A stretch of DNA of 64,000 bases, taken from positions 9,065-73,064 of the IMG/VR virus record IMGVR_UViG_3300030108_004854; one strand, given 5' to 3'. This stretch comes from a virus. The notes beneath the pieces are model-generated. The model ran no database searches. It worked only from the letters and a program-made list of their open reading frames with translations, and was not told the DNA's origin. Below are positions 62,987 to 64,000 of this stretch, one piece after another (position 1 is the stretch's first letter; every line of letters begins with the position of its first letter). Made by a program: the position numbers and the translations under genes.

Positions 62987-63685
62987 TTATCTTTGAATTG
63001 TGTAATCAATCTCATAAGGTTTAAACTTAACAGGCATTGCATACATAACAGCCCGCCCTAAATCTGTCATAGCACTATGTGTAGGGCTTTTTCCTGTTTG
63101 TTCTAAATATCCTAAAACTGATTTTTGTTCTGGAGGTAATAAATGACGATTATCAAAAACTTTATCCATAAAAGGATTATAATGAATACCCGGTTGAAAA
63201 GCTGCTCTTAATGTTTTAAATGCTTTGCCTGGTTGAAATTTACCACTAACTAAATCAGGATCTTCTGAATTATTTTCCATGTCATACATATCTTTTACCC
63301 TAACTAAAGTTGGCGTAACTTCAGCATTAAAACTACCTAGTGTTTGACTTGAAGCTTTATCTTTTAAACCGTAGGAAACAATAGGTCCTGTAGTTGGAAT
63401 TCCGGGTCCTTGTGCTTGTACTGGAACAAATTCCATTCTTGATTCATTAGGATCACCTTTCATGGCTGCTTCCATGCTGCCCCATACGGGTCTCTCTGCC
63501 AGGGCAGAAGGAAATAATTCAGTTGCCTGAATTAAAGATCTTTCTGTTGATGGATCTAATTGAAGGTTAGAATTACCAACTCCTGTAAGATATCGTCCAA
63601 ATAAATTAATTCGATCAGGTAATAAATTAAAACCAGCTCCTGCTGCGTTTTTAACTCCACTCATTAAACGTCCTGCTAAGTCCAT
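62987..63685 (-). CDS. hypothetical protein
   Basis: 232 aa, coupled start. Confidence 0.7.
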   Translation of the reverse strand: MDLAGRLMSGVKNAAGAGFNLLPDRINLFGRYLTGVGNSNLQLDPSTERSLIQATELFPSALAERPVWGSMEAAMKGDPNESRMEFVPVQAQGPGIPTTGPIVSYGLKDKASSQTLGSFNAEVTPTLVRVKDMYDMENNSEDPDLVSGKFQPGKAFKTLRAAFQPGIHYNPFMDKVFDNRHLLPPEQKSVLGYLEQTGKSPTHSAMTDLGRAVMYAMPVKFKPYEIDYTIQR

Positions 63686-63807
63686 TATTTTTTCCCCATA
63701 TATTTACCAGCAAGCTTATCAAGTTTTTTTGCTTGTCCAGCATGCATCTTGGCACTGCCCTTTAACTGTTTAGAAATCTTCTGTAAGTCTTTTTTAGCTT
63801 GTTTCAT
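63685..63807 (-). CDS. small basic protein (40 aa)
   Basis: Manual translation MKQAKKDLQKISKQLKGSAKMHAGQAKKLDKLAGKYMGKK. Confidence 0.6.
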   Translation of the reverse strand: MKQAKKDLQKISKQLKGSAKMHAGQAKKLDKLAGKYMGKK

Positions 63808-64000
63808 GATTTTTTGTCCTTAGCTTTTTTAGCTGCAGTAGCAGCTTTCTTACCTTTTTCGTATTGATCTTTAGTTTGCCAATCTTCTTTACCCCATTTT
63901 TTAAGATTTTTTTGTTTGCTAGATTGGCCACCTTTGTATCCACCGCCTTTCTTTTTATATTCACTAGCAACCAGCTGCGCTTTACGTGCAGACCATTGCC
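63804..64000 (-). CDS. DUF5872-like protein, N-terminal half (partial, runs off the window)
   Basis: QWSARKAQLVASEYKKKGGGY...LKKWGKEDWQT. Confidence 0.75.
   Translation of the reverse strand, partial: QWSARKAQLVASEYKKKGGGYKGGQSSKQKNLKKWGKEDWQTKDQYEKGKKAATAAKKAKDKKS

Overview
This window is most of a tailed dsDNA cyanophage genome with a likely marine Synechococcus/Prochlorococcus host. The host inference rests on hli, a CP12-like gene, DUF4278 behind a glutamine-II riboswitch, and tRNA-Leu(UAA). The gene set recalls the S-EIV1-like lineage, but this is unverified. Layout: (1) ~1-11 kb, + strand early genes (small ORFs, PcfJ-like protein, thyX) separated by repeated regulatory modules; (2) ~14-33 kb, replication (T7-type PolA, SSB, Gp157-like, PD-(D/E)XK exonuclease, primase-polymerase/D5 helicase) plus AMGs and a glycosyltransferase/sugar-methyltransferase cluster; (3) ~34-64 kb, mostly - strand lysis, tail, capsid, scaffold and portal genes. 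No terminase, RNA polymerase or intact integrase is visible. Best leads: a 7-copy covarying RNA stem motif sitting in modular intergenic junctions with AACAGCC-AACAGCC boxes; a probable -1 frameshift (A_AAA_AAG) in a holin-like gene; strong Ser-Gly enrichment in virion proteins together with phage GTs and sugar methyltransferases (candidate virion glycosylation system); two related inverted-repeat origin-like elements 28 kb apart; and a 617-nt portal/scaffold dual-coding overlap. All calls come from reading the sequence; no searches were run.
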